A DNA stretch of 64,000 nucleotides from Octopus vulgaris (Eukaryota): NCBI GenBank assembly GCA_951406725.2, contig OX597828.1, forward strand, positions 41,416,001 through 41,480,000, read 5' to 3'. A program made the position numbers and the translations under genes. Shown piece by piece: positions 1-13,775 of this stretch. Under the pieces are notes generated by a model. It did no database searches. It saw only the letters and a program-made list of their open reading frames with translations, and was not told the DNA's origin. The stretch's first letter is position 1. Each line of letters starts with the position of its first letter.

Positions 1-175
1 TGGTTTTTACACGCTAGAAGAAGAAATCAAAACGACCAAAACCACATTTAAGAGCAATCTTCAAAACGAATGAAAAAAAAAAACTTTTACTTTGTTATTT
101 TATTCCGGTCAGACATATACATACATATACATGTACATATACATATACATATACATACATACATACATACATACA

Positions 176-634
<459 letters not shown>

Positions 635-661
635 ACACACATATATATATGTACTCACATA

Positions 662-698
<37 letters not shown>

Positions 699-699
699 T

Positions 700-733
<34 letters not shown>

Positions 734-736
<3 letters not shown>

Positions 737-2018
737 GGTGGGGAAGCAAAATTTACAATATTTTGAGGCAGGGATTGAAAGACATTGTATGACCAATTAT
801 TTTATTGAAAGTCATGAGAATTATTTTCCACAAGAAAATTTACATAACAGAAAATGTTTTTATTCTATGTGTCCTCCTTCTTTCTCAATATCTGCATTCA
901 CACGCTTCCTGAAACTTGCGCAAGTGTTCCTCAAATATTCGGGAGACAAAGTCTCCCTTTCTTCTTTAATAGTATCTTTAAGAGAGTCGACATTACTGTG
1001 TGATGTTCTATTGGTAGCATGTTCTAAAACGCCCCAAATAGCATAATCCAGAGGGTTTAGATCTGGGCTAGAAGGTGGCCATAAACATGATTCCAAAAAA
1101 TTGCTAAAGTTGGATTTGCAGAAATCTTGTATTTCTAGCTGTGTGTGTGGAGCACCATCCTGTGTCCATACATAATTACCATCTGGGTAGTTTGCTTTAA
1201 GCCATGGCAATACCTGGTATCTCAGAGTCTTGTAGTAAGTATTAACATTGATCTTTTCATCAGCTTTGTAGAGTTTTATACGCACTTTCTTTCTATCGGA
1301 AGCCACAACACCAAAAGCCATAACTTGAGTAGGATGTTTTGTTTTGAATGTCCTCTTAACCTCAGCTGTTGATTTTGCAATAAATCTGTCATTTCTACGG
1401 TTCAGAACAGCATCGACAGTGAAGATCTTTTCATCTGAAAATATCGTTACAATGGAGGATTTTTTCTTGAACCATGTAATAATTTTCTTGCACCGTTCCA
1501 ATCTCTTTTTCTTCATAGCTGTTGTCAACAAGTGTTTTGGTGTTCTTGTGTAAGATGTTAACTTCAAATCATATTTTACTGCATTTCTAATGGTTTTGTT
1601 GACGACCTCAAGTTCAATTACCATTTTTTTCGTGGATTTGGTTGGATCCTTTAGGATTTTGGATTTGCGAGCTTTAATAAAAGCTTTGGTACGTTTTTGT
1701 TGATTCCTCCACTTCCAAACCTCCTCATAATAGTTTTACTCTTAGTCATTCTATTCTTTACATTATAAACAGTCTTTATGGATACCCCAACTATTCTTGA
1801 AATCTCCTTTGGTGTGACGAGTGCATTCAGCAAATCACACACTTTTTGACTTTTGCTTTCTTGATTACTCATATGGGCAAAAGTTTCTGAAAAGGTAAGG
1901 ATAATAGTGTTAAGTATGAGTATGACATCAATATATGCTAAGTTTCAAAACAATTGACTTAGTGCCTGCTGAGAAAAAACAACTTAACGTTCATTGTAAA
2001 TTTTGCTTCCCCACCCTG
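734..2018 (-). mobile_element. Full-length Tc1/mariner-superfamily transposon (DD37D/maT-like) with frameshifted transposase at 860-1872
   Basis: Perfect 26-bp TIRs CAGGGTGGGGAAGCAAAATTTACAAT (734-759, 1993-2018) with TA on both sides. ORFs carry an HTH N-terminus plus SDEK, QDGAP and PSSPDLNPLDY; second and third D are 36 aa apart, probably 37 before a codon loss. Confidence 0.92.
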
Positions 2019-2064
2019 TATATATTAACAAAAGAAGGGGTGGTGTTTCTACGCAGGAAAAAAA

Positions 2065-2521
2065 TATATAGGAATGTTGAAAATGCACCTAAATTTTAAG
2101 AAAAAAAGTCGTAAATGTTTAAAATACATTTATTTACATATATACCAATCTATAGTTTCAACAATAATTTTTGTTTATCAATGGTAAAAGTTTAAAATTA
2201 GAAAAACATCTTTAAAAGTTTCAATGTTGACAAATTAAAATGTTTCAATGTTTATAAACAGAAGGTGTAAGTTTGAATGTTCATAGCAGTCAATAAAATT
2301 TAAACTGTATAAAATTGTATATCAATTTGTTTGAATGTACAAATTCATTAATTTTAATTTGTCAACATTGAAACTTTTAAAGATGTTTTTTTCTAATTTT
2401 AAACTTTCACCTTTGATCAGCAAAAAATATTATTGAAACTAGTTTGGTACATATGTAAATAAATGTATTTGAAACATTTACGAGTTTTTGAAATTTAGGT
2501 GGATTTTCAACAATGCCTTTT

Positions 2522-2528
<7 letters not shown>
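2065..2528. repeat. Imperfect fold-back inverted repeat ending in (TA)n
   Basis: ~2065-2240 is the reverse complement of ~2350-2528 (e.g. catctttaaaagtttcaatgttgacaaattaaaa / ttttaatttgtcaacattgaaacttttaaagatg). Confidence 0.8.
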
Positions 2529-2572
<44 letters not shown>

Positions 2573-2658
2573 GAAAGAATGGAGTCGAACGAAGATGTTA
2601 AGAAAATTCCTTTACTCTCGACATGCTGACGATAAACATAGGATAATTCATTCACCTA

Positions 2659-2722
<64 letters not shown>

Positions 2723-2745
2723 TGTATGTATGTATGTATGTATAC

Positions 2746-2945
2746 TAGCAGCTAAACCCAGTTTCACCCGGTCAGTGTGGATGATGTGGCTGTAAAACCT
2801 GCTCTGTGTAAGCATTCGACTTGTTTGGGCACGCTTTCGGTAAAAAAACAGTTTTAAGAATGACTTTTTTCTGTCAAAACGGTAAAAATAACTGACTAAA
2901 AAAAACAAGAGTCAACCAAATCTAAAAATAAACCCAAACACTAAG
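2746..2945 (-). mobile_element. Helitron-like 3' terminal fragment
   Basis: Minus strand ends with a hairpin (ccgggtgaaactggg) then CTAG|T, the same architecture as the Helitrons at 47615 and 60162. Confidence 0.45.
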
Positions 2946-3179
2946 CGAACAAAGATGAACCATCCCACTTGCATTGCGTGCGCACACGCACACACAAGCA
3001 CACACATGCACACACACATACACACACACATTTGCATACGCCCTCTTTTACATACACACGCATATATTCACACAGCGTACACTACCAAGTATGACATCAC
3101 CCCTTCCTTATTCATCTAACACCCCTTTTTTTCTCAGTCACAAACACAAGAGTATTATTATTGTAGATTATCTTGGTAA

Positions 3180-4695
3180 CCATGGGAGCTATGAAAAATA
3201 CAAAGCCCAGCATCACCACCCAGCCATTTGACCGTGAATCCCAAGACAAGAAAGAATCAACAGAAAGGAATAAGAGAAAATAAACAGAAAGAGAATGAAA
3301 AACCTGTAGATTTAGCGGTCAAGCATGGCGACTGATTAGAAAAAAAGTTTAAAAGAGGTGGTTGGAAGAAAGGGAGTTAATAAAGTGTTAGTGATCCCTC
3401 ATGAAGATGTGCGTGCATGTGTGTGTATGTGAGAATGATGTGTGTGAATAGGAGCTAGTGATTTTGACGTGTGTGAGTGTGTAAGTGTGTGCGTCTGTAA
3501 CATGAGGCTGCTCATATAGTGGTATGTGTAGTGTTGCTATTGACGATTGTGTGTGTGTGTGGATGATGCTGTGTGGGTGTGTGATGTGGGTGCTGGGAAG
3601 TAGTCAGTGCTAGTGTGTGTGTGGAGTGGTGTGGTGTGGGGGTAGGGTGGGGGTGGGTAGGGTATTGTGGCGTGAGGTGGTATCAATGAAGGGAGGAGGT
3701 GGGTAGAAGTGAAGAGAAGTGAAGTAGGTGTCAGATGAAGAGAGGAGGCTGAGTTAGATGAGGAGAAGCGGGGGAGGCAGATGTAGAGAGGAGAGGAGTT
3801 GAGTTCATGTGACGCAAAGGAGCGAAGAGAGAAGATTAATTCCTGTTCACGGCGAAGCGGGAGACAGGATTGCTCCTGTGCAAAGACAGTCAGAACACAG
3901 ACAGATGTTGTAATGAATGACCGGCAGAACGGAAATGGCATGAGACCAGGGTGTCATTTCCGAGTGTGATGTCTCAGAGGGGCTCCGCGAGCAGGTCAGC
4001 CAAGCGGTGTCTTGTTTGACCGATGTACAGGGAAGGGCAGAAAGAGCAGGAGATAAAGTAAATGACATTGCTGGAAGTGCAAGTAAAGAAGTCGGTGATG
4101 TGATAGGGACGATGATGGGTGCCTGTGAGGATGGTAGTGTTGGAGAGGTAGAGGCAAGTACAGCAGCATGGGCGAAAGCAGGGGAACGAGCCAGGCTGGG
4201 AAGTGGGGTTAGGGAAGAAACTGTGGAGCAGGAGTTCACGCAGGTTGTGGACTCGTTTGAAAAAGGGAAGGGGTAGGTTGGGAAGATGTACGAGGTGGAG
4301 GGATCGGACTGGAGTCATGAGAAGGCTCAGAGAATGGGGCTTTGGAGGGGGAAGGGTGGAGAGGTGGTAGGTGAGGGGAAACAGGAGACGAGCAACGGCA
4401 AGACGGGGTGGGGAGAAAGAGCAGAGGTACGTTCCAAGGAATGTGCCCTGGAAAGGGCAGTGTGGATAGCGGTAAGAGGATGTACACGAAGGATGAAGTG
4501 GCGAGCCATGAGTTGAGACTGAGTTTCAAATCCATAGTTACGCAGACGAAGGAATTGGGAGTAGGGGATGGAGAGCTTGGTGTGGGTAGGGTGGGAGGAG
4601 AAGTTAAGGCAGGAGTGTGAGTCGGTGTGTTTGTAGTGGATGGAAGTAATGAGAGCGGAGTGGTGTATACTGACAGAAATGTCGAGAAATACGAC
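3180..4695 (-). mobile_element. Penelope-like element (Neptune-type) 3' fragment: RT C-terminus plus GIY-YIG endonuclease, frameshifted
   Basis: Translations VVFLDISV..TSIHYKHTDSHSCLNFSSHPTHTKLSIPYSQFLRLR and FTCTSSNVIYFISCSFCPSLYIGQTRHRLAD match typical PLE RT-thumb and GIY-YIG motifs. Left boundary approximate. Confidence 0.88.
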
Positions 4696-4705
4696 TACAC
4701 ACACA

Positions 4706-4791
<86 letters not shown>

Positions 4792-5116
4792 TCGTGGATA
4801 TGTATGTGTATGTGTATATATTATTCATCCAGACATATTCACATATATAGATAATAAATTATGTATGCATTTTCCTTTGTCTATAAAAAACATCGGGGTG
4901 TGTGTGAGTAAACGGACACTCCAATGTTTTTATGCACAAAAGAAGTATTTTTTTTCAACTGGTAGTTTTTAATAAAACGTTTTGGCATTCAGACATAGCA
5001 CGTTTATCTCTGTATTCTGTTTCTATAAACATGCTTCCGTGTATGCATAACATGCACATACACAAGTGTGTGTGTGTGTATATATATATATATGCATATA
5101 TATATACATATACATA

Positions 5117-5169
<53 letters not shown>

Positions 5170-5206
5170 GTATATATATATATGTATATATATATATGTA
5201 TATATA

Positions 5207-5377
5207 GGCGCAGGATTGGCTGTGTGGTAAGTAGCTTGCTAACCAGCGACATGGTTCCGGGTTCAGTCCCACTGCGTGAAATCTTGGGCAAGTGTCTTCT
5301 GCTATAGCCCCGGGCCGACCAATGCCTTGTGAGTGGATTTGGTAGACGGAAACTGAAAGAAGCCTGTCGTATATATG

Positions 5378-5408
<31 letters not shown>

Positions 5409-5625
5409 TTGTGTGTCTGTGTTTGTTCCCCTAGCATTGCTTGACAACCGATGCTGGTGTGTTTACGTCCCCGTCACTTAGCGGTTCGGCAAAAAGAGAA
5501 CGATATAATAAGTACTGGGCTTACAAAAAGAATAAGTCCCGGGGTCGAGTTGCTCGACTAAAGGCGGTGCTCCAGCATGGCCGCAGTCAAATGACTGAAA
5601 CAAGTAAAAGAGTAAAGAGTAAAGA

Positions 5626-5627
<2 letters not shown>
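5207..5627 (+). mobile_element. tRNA-derived SINE family B (CORE-like), full length, with internal (TA)/(TG) microsatellite
   Basis: A box TGGCTGTGTGGT, B box GGTTCAGTCCC, CORE-like cttgggcaagtg, (AAAGAGT)n tail; more than 12 related copies in the window. Confidence 0.9.
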
Positions 5628-5706
<79 letters not shown>

Positions 5707-5714
5707 CATATATA

Positions 5715-6606
5715 CGTGGTCAGATCAATAAGCATCCGGACTGTTGCCATGGTAACGAAGCTAAAGTGCGCGATGTGAAGCTACTTGGCACAGATTGACC
5801 TTCGATTCTGCGCTGCATGTGCACTAAGTTTTAACGTTCGAACTCAAATCCGCTGTTTAAAGCAGTGCTTGGAAGGAAGGTATGTAGCGTGTGATCGTCG
5901 CGTCGACCATGACAGATAAAATGGAGCAGAGAATCTGCATCAAGTTTTGCCAAAAGCTTGGTGATACCCGCTCCGAGACCTACGCAGAATTTTCACATAG
6001 TTTTCAACCTTATCGACACAATCAAGGAAACCTTTTGCAACTGAAACCCGAGTGTCTTTTTGTTCTGCTGAAAGCAGTTTTGGCACAAACTTAGCAGACA
6101 CCCGTCTCATGCCCAAATCTTCAGTGATAATTAATTGAACTGAACCGTAGCTAATCTGCACGTCCTCTGATAACTCACGGATGGGGATTCGACGATTTCC
6201 TCTCACAGCTGCACGCACATCTGCGATGTATCTCTCAGTTCTGCTGGTTGCGGGTCTACCAGAACGTTTATCGCTATGGACAACTTTCGGCCATCTTGGA
6301 AATGTATGAACTACTCGTACGTTTATGTACGACTCATACACTCCCCTTCATACACTTTCTGCATTTTGTGTTGGCTTCTGAGGAGGTATTGCCATGCAAA
6401 CTTTCGCTGTCATGGTCAATGCAACGATTAAACGCTACATACCTTCCTCCCAAGGACAGCTGTAAATAACGGAAGTGAACTAGAACGTTAAACCTTAGTG
6501 TGCATGCACAGCAGAGATCGAGGTCAATCTTTGCCAAGCGGCTTCACTCTGCGTGCTTTAGCTCCGTTACTGTTGCAACAGTCCGGATACTTAATGATCA
6601 AACCTA
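5715..6606. mobile_element. Non-autonomous mariner derivative built from two inverted 5' ends
   Basis: ~200-bp imperfect IR (5715-5920 / 6400-6606). Plus arm encodes MEQRICIKFCQKLG; minus strand encodes RSGRPATS..IITEDLGMRRVSAKFVPKLL (mariner HTH/WVPxxL region). No DDD domain. Confidence 0.85.
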
Positions 6607-6753
6607 ACACATATATACATACATACATCTATGTTTATGCGTGTGTAAGCATCTACGTCTCTCTCTCTCCCCACTCTCTCATACATATATATATTTGCGT
6701 GTGTGTGTATGTGTGTGAGTGTGTGAGAGAGATAGAGAAAGAGAAACAGATAA

Positions 6754-6821
<68 letters not shown>

Positions 6822-6929
6822 AAAACTTAAGAAGCAGATATTGGTATTTTGAGTGTGTTTGGTTTTTGTCCTTATTCTACAAATGGTCTTGAAAAGCTCC
6901 TAGTTTTGAAGGTGCCGCAAAAGGCTCAG

Positions 6930-7095
6930 TTGGAGGTACTACTTTCCGAGTTCTTTTACAGGGCTTAGAAAAACTGAAGGACTGCTGCAATATATGAGTG
7001 GATCTGAACGGGGAACACGTTGAATAAAATCATAATTAACTGGTCCTCCTGTATTTTCTTTTGCCCAAAGCCAGCAACTGTTCAGTACCCCCTCG
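6930..7095 (+). mobile_element. Mariner 3' end fragment
   Basis: Degraded GLEKLKD..DLNGEHVE* C-terminus followed by a TIR-like end ...ttcagtaccccctcg|TA. Confidence 0.6.
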
Positions 7096-7313
7096 TAGTT
7101 TTACGTGATTCTCATCCATAACATACTAGTCTGTCCATGCTTCCATAACACGCTCAAATTCCGCGAGGACATAGGTGTGGAATGGTTTGCCTGGCAGAAG
7201 TCGAAAAAGTTCTTTGTATTTCATCAAAGCATACCCCTCAATACATGATGGCTATTCACTCGTAGCAAAAGAGGACCATCGCTAATCATTACCCTGCTTT
7301 TAGTTGAGGTTAT

Positions 7314-7395
7314 TGTACCCGCGGTCGGTTTCACCCAGGTTTGCACTCGTGGCTTCCTTGCCCGCCGCGGCACCCTTCTACTAGTCTGGGCATCG
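7314..7395 (-). pseudogene. Short degraded 28S rRNA-like fragment
   Basis: GC-rich tgtacccgcggtcggtttcacccagg..ggcttc..gccgcggcacccttctactagtc resembles the antisense of a conserved metazoan 28S segment (recalled, not aligned). Confidence 0.45.
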
Positions 7396-8485
7396 GAGAG
7401 TCGCCTCTCCAGCGATTGCGTAACCTAAAGTTTTAGGTCCAATAAGACTTGCCCGAAACTCACAGACCCTCTCTATCCTAATTATATGATGTAGAGACGA
7501 GCCAGAGCAAGGTATCCAGTACCAATATGGCTCGCAGGCTCAGAAATGTGGGTGCACAATGATTTCAAGCGCAAGTAAAACTTCCCTGAAATGTTCAATG
7601 TCATTCCCTGTATATCTGCTTTTATTTCAGAGTGACTGATATCAGTGTGAGGCCAAAGAAGGGTCGCTTCAGACGGCGCAACACGATGGCCTCTACTTTG
7701 AATGCTAGGCAGCTTTTGTTGTAACTTGGCAAATTAAGTAAATAAGTGACCAAAATATCGCAAAAATTTTTAACTCAACATAATATATATCTCGTGAGAC
7801 TGTTGTAACCAGATCCGTCTAACAAATTTTTCCTCCCGTTTATTTTAGGCTAAACGACCTGTGTACTGAGAGTGCATATGTACTCTGTGTCTGAATACAA
7901 GAAGCGATGTCTCATCAATGAAGCAGCTTTGTAGTTGTTTCGGCCTCTTCCATTGCGACAGCAGAGATGTTCGGGGCCACCCACCTATGTAAGAGAGAAA
8001 ACTTCCACACAACTGCATGCGCTTTGTTGAGTTAAATGTTGTGATTCTCGACCAGATGTTCCTATCATCGACACTACTCGTCATTACTACGCCAGTTATC
8101 ACGTCTCTTCAGCCAGATATAATTGCTTGCTTTCCCAGCGACTTCCGGTAATTTTCTAGCAACCTCTTTCGTCTACAGCACGACTTGCGTTGACAAAGGA
8201 CCTACTGCCAGAATAAACAGCATCACAGACAAGCTATAACACTGGGATGGTCTCGCCGATAACTTGATTCTGTTTTAAATTAACATAAATTTAAATAACA
8301 ATTCGTGCTGGTTTATTTTCGTCCTTGTCACTTACCGGTTTGGAAAAAAAAAGAAGAGATTGATAGATTAGGTACCAACCTTAAAAAATTAGTGCTGGGG
8401 TCGATTCGTTCGACTAAACACTTCAAAGCGGTGACTCAGTATGACCGCAGTCAAATGAGTGAAACAAGTAAAAGATAAAATCTAC

Positions 8486-8555
<70 letters not shown>

Positions 8556-8556
<1 letters not shown>

Positions 8557-8722
8557 TCTTTTATTCTTTTCTTTTCTTTGTTTCAGTCATTTGACTGCGG
8601 CTGCGGCCATACTGGAGCACGGCCTTTAGTCGAACAAATCAACTTCAGGACTTATTCTTTGTAAGCCTAGTACATATTCTATCGGTCTCTTTTGTCGAAC
8701 CGCTATGTCGCGAGGACGTAAG
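8556..8722 (-). mobile_element. SINE family B 3' fragment
   Basis: Reverse complement of the 5460-5627 region. Confidence 0.8.
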
Positions 8723-8759
8723 AGTACCGGTATTTTTTCATAGCGTTTTCAAATAGCCA

Positions 8760-8820
8760 GATAACCGAAGAGATGGCGTTGTGGATTCCCACTTCGGCAT
8801 CTGAAACTCAGAGTCTTATC
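8760..8820 (+). ncRNA. Hammerhead ribozyme motif (U4C core change) in PLE pLTR family X
   Basis: gataa-CCGAAGA-gatg..catc-t-GAAA-ctcagag-TC-ttatc; stem I gataa/ttatc; GUC triplet; homologous to 22322 and 51541. Confidence 0.65.
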
Positions 8821-8919
8821 TTGACTATCGAGTAATGTAACATATTATTTTATAGATAAATTTCCTCTATTTACACAATATTGAGGTCTCTTTCTTTCTT
8901 TTGTTATCTTACCGTTTTA

Positions 8920-9440
<521 letters not shown>

Positions 9441-9477
9441 TATATATTTCCTTTCGTGTGGTACCTTACAACTTCAC

Positions 9478-9593
9478 TTTGGTCAGTCCGAGACTATAGT
9501 AGAAGACACATGCCCAAGGTGCCACGCAGTGGGATTGAACCCAGAACCATGTGGTTAAGGAGCAGGCTTCTTAACACAGTCACGCCTGCGCCT
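9478..9593 (-). mobile_element. SINE family B 5' fragment
   Basis: Reverse complement of the tRNA head and CORE-like part. Confidence 0.8.
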
Positions 9594-9676
9594 GTATAAT
9601 ATAATATTACCAAATTTAACCCCGATAATATTTTATACATATACAAACATATATGTATGTATATATGCATATATAT

Positions 9677-9812
<136 letters not shown>

Positions 9813-9880
9813 CATATATAATAACAGTGTAGCACAAAACGGCAGTGCATCAGCATGGCCGCAGCTCTGAGCTGAAACTA

Positions 9881-9933
<53 letters not shown>

Positions 9934-10161
9934 AAATAAGAAAATGGAGAAATACCCCGAAATCAAATATCAATTACCAGATAATACTCAATCACATACT
10001 TTATTAAACCACCATATAAGAAACTATAAGGTTAAACATAATAATGCAGGGTAAAACAGTGTACATGAATGAGTGTACATAAAGTATTAATGTTATACAA
10101 TAAGTAGAATACGTATAATAGAAAATAAATATAAGTACGCATAAGTATAAATATAGACTAT

Positions 10162-10288
10162 ATCTTACAGCTGTTTCGGCCATGTAGATAAGCATGTCTC
10201 ATTTAACTCATATTAGCCATTTATGGTAGGTCAATATGTAGTTATAAATGAGACATTTACAAAAACATCCTAAGGCCTCTTCGGAGAT
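10162..10288 (-). ncRNA. Hammerhead motif with long stem II (U4C core change)
   Basis: Minus: atct-CCGAAGA-ggcc...ggcc-GAAA-cagctg-TA-agat; palindromic stem III ACAGCTGT; inner hairpin atgtctcattt/aaatgagacat. Confidence 0.65.
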
Positions 10289-11305
10289 TACAAATTAGAT
10301 TACATACATACTTATATAGGTGTGGGTACATACCCATAATAAAACATATACATATACATTTGAGTGCATATACTCATACTCCTATACATATAAATATATA
10401 TATACATAATGATATAAATAATATAAATTAATAAACATACATATGCTCCACATTCAATGTTATAGTTTTTCAACTTAATGTTTTGATAATTACAATGTAG
10501 GAAAACATAAACATATTAATATCTAAATGCAGATATAGAGAGTCAAGATTACTTTCTATTAGTTCTTATTAATTTCCAAAATGTCATTATCATTGTCGTT
10601 ACCACTAATGCTACCAATATCATCATTCATATTATTATTAGTAACGCTAATACTAGAGGAACAATACATAAATTCCATTATTATCAATATAGTCACAATA
10701 GTATTAGAAAACCGTGTAAAGTGTTATATATCCGCATATACATACGAAATATGAAGTACCAGCATTCTGTTTATACTACATTAGGATCCACAGGTGCACA
10801 TATGTAAGTCCGATTTTAAGTTTATAATTTTCCTTGGGACATAAATACACTATTATTTCAGAAATAATTACGGATCTAGCGCTAAATTATGATTGGCCTG
10901 TGGGTTTGAATTTAAATTACCATTGTCTTTCCTACGGTTGGTTTGTTGATAGCTTTAGGTTTCTACTACACTAGCGTAGGCAAGGGAAAAACTATACCAA
11001 CATTTGTACACACACACACACACACATACACGCGCACATCCGCACATATACATATACATATGTACTCCCATGCACCATGTCTGCAAACATTCGCATATAC
11101 TTATATACACATCCAAATATGCATTTGCGTCCTCATACGCATAAGAAAAACATATACATATATATCCAACCATGAATATACATATCAATACAAAAACATA
11201 CATACACATGTATATACATATGAATACATTCCGACATATCCACATATATTTACTAAGTTACAAATCATATGTCTGTCATCGAGTGGCGCGACAGATAAGC
11301 CAGCG

Positions 11306-11365
<60 letters not shown>

Positions 11366-11447
11366 GTATATATATATAACATTCGGTAGAATTATAAACA
11401 GGGCAAATTTTAGCCAGTTCTCTGTAGATAGAATAAAAATGAACAAA

Positions 11448-11486
11448 CTTAATCGATTTTCGAACCTTATTGGTTTCTCATCAGAG
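11448..11486 (-). ncRNA. Minimal type I hammerhead ribozyme
   Basis: Minus: ct-CTGATGA-gaaacc aataa ggttc-GAAA-atcgat-TA-ag; intact core, palindromic stem III AATCGATT, short stem I. Confidence 0.75.
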
Positions 11487-12083
11487 GCATCCACATCATT
11501 CTGACAATCTCCAGATACTCTATGACGGAGTTCCTAATTTGTATACCGTAAGTATTTAACACTCTATAAATACCAACGGACTGTCAACGCGGATCTTAGT
11601 CCATACAGTATCGAGGTATGATATACTTTATATGTACCATATGGTATAATTATATAATTGAGCCATAATATTGTTAGTATTTTTTGATGTTTTAAAATAC
11701 TTTTATATTTGGAGTGACAGTGTGTCTTCTTTTGATGCCAACTATCAAATTTATCCGGAACACCTTGTGCAATGGGTTATATAGTACAGTGGTTTATCGT
11801 CAGACAAGCTTTATAGCCACTTACCAATTGTTTGTACAAAACGCAGATTAATAAAGGAATACAGAAAGGATAGTAAAGACAACCTGTGGTCAAGATAATA
11901 TCGTTCGTATATGAATTCGTAAAAAAAAATATTTCAATTGTTAGCCCAGCCCAGCTCAAACAAAAACAACGACGTTAACAACTGCAGGAGACTCAAAAGA
12001 AATTACCAGAAAGACAAGAAATGCGTGACAAGAGAGAAAAAGAAAACATTCAAAAGATCTTGAAAATTTAACACGCAGATAGA

Positions 12084-12130
<47 letters not shown>

Positions 12131-12320
12131 AAGAGAGAGGAGGAGAGAGCGAGAGTGAGAGAGTGAGTGAAATATAGATAGACAGAGAGAGAGAAAAAGA
12201 GAATGGGACAGAAAGTTTGTGCACATGTGAGAGAGTGCGTGTGTGAATGTGTGGGTGTACATATATATATATATATAGAACAATCTTACTTAGAAAGGGA
12301 TGCGTGCGTTCCGTCATATA

Positions 12321-12790
12321 ATATATTAATAAATAAAACATGTACCTACCTCAACATGTATATATACACGCATATATGAGTACAGGACACCAAAAAAAAC
12401 GTCGAACACAATGAGAAACGAAAACATAGACACAAACACGAGGAACTGGACATTTTTCTTAAACAACAAAAAAAATAGAGTACAGGACAAATAACACAAG
12501 GAAAAAACCCCTTCTTCAGTCGCCATGGTTTCATCTACTCTACGTTTCGAAGATTCACTGGCGACTGAAGAAGGGGTTTTTTCCTTGTGTTATTTGTCCT
12601 GTACTCTATTTTTTTGTTGTTGTTTAAGAAAAATGTCCAGTTCCTTGTGTTTGTGTCTATGTTTTCGTTTCTCATTATGTTCGACGTTTTTTTGGTGTCC
12701 TGTACTCATATATGCGTGTATATATACATGTAGAGGTAGGTACGTACATATATGTATATATATATGCATATGTTTTATTTATTAATATAT
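12321..12790. repeat. Fold-back palindrome (PLE pLTR-like) in (TA)n
   Basis: ~185-bp arms (12341-12525 / 12559-12743) with a 33-nt loop. Hammerhead half-motifs CTGAAGA and (minus) cGAAAcgTA lie at the centre. Confidence 0.9.
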
Positions 12791-12810
12791 ATATGCATAT
12801 GTTTTATTTA

Positions 12811-12861
<51 letters not shown>

Positions 12862-13374
12862 ATGGAACAAGAATGCAATAAAACATCCGACACACAGACG
12901 ATACAAAGGCGAACAGGCAAAACAACAATTAGAGGGACAGGAAAAGAAGGACGGGTCTTTCGTGGCCTTGTGTTTCGTCACTCAAGTTATCAGATGTCCT
13001 TACAGTTTCGGGCAGTTAGACTTGAGACTATTCGATCTGGTTGCCCCCAAAAAGTCTAGGCTTAAGAGCATGAGATTTTTTGTAAGAAAGCAAGTGAATG
13101 TGTACAACAAAGACAAAAATCGCGGAACATGTTGCACAATTACAAATACAAACAAAAAGAATATAACAACATACATACATGGTGGCTGCCCCCTCGTTAT
13201 CGAGTATGGCCATTGCACGAAGCTTAATCAATGTTGTTATCGTACAATGCCTGTGCAAGGAGACTTTTTTTAAAGTGAGGAAAGGCTGTGCACTGAGTCA
13301 ATCCCACTTACTAAGCAACAGCAGCCATATTCCGAAAAGAATAATAAGTCAACATCATCGGTAACCACTGAGCA

Positions 13375-13720
13375 GCAGGTTTTATGTCGGAGTTATCCCA
13401 GTTACCTGAGTTACCTTCTCCTAGAAAGATGCCCTAACAAAGTCTAGGAGTCCTTCACTCGCAATGGTTTAACCGCGCGATCGGGTATTCAGTCCGATTA
13501 TTTCTATGTCCCCGCGCATGATATGGCCTTATTGGATGGCCGTTGACTCTCAAGAGTTCCTCCGCCCTTTGACGGGTTTTGTTTTTCATCCCGCAGGGTG
13601 TCCAATAAACACCCTCCTCACCAAGCAAGCTTGGTGGGGTTGCCGGTTTAGTCGCCGACGACCCGACCATGCAACAGGTTGTACTGGGTTACATGTTACC
13701 AGAAGCACTCGAAAGTGACC
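13375..13720 (-). mobile_element. Probable RTE-clade LINE 5' UTR fragment
   Basis: GC-rich non-coding segment with motifs resembling RTE 5' regions (gagttaccttctcctag; ggcgactaaaccggcaacc); no ORF. Confidence 0.35.
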
Positions 13721-13775
13721 TGACATACATACACATATATATATATACGTATAGAGTGTTGAAGTGGCGTACAGA

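Noticed and set aside
13630-13720. HDV-like ribozyme at the putative RTE 5' end
   Set aside because: I could not build P1 or P1.1 pairings by eye.
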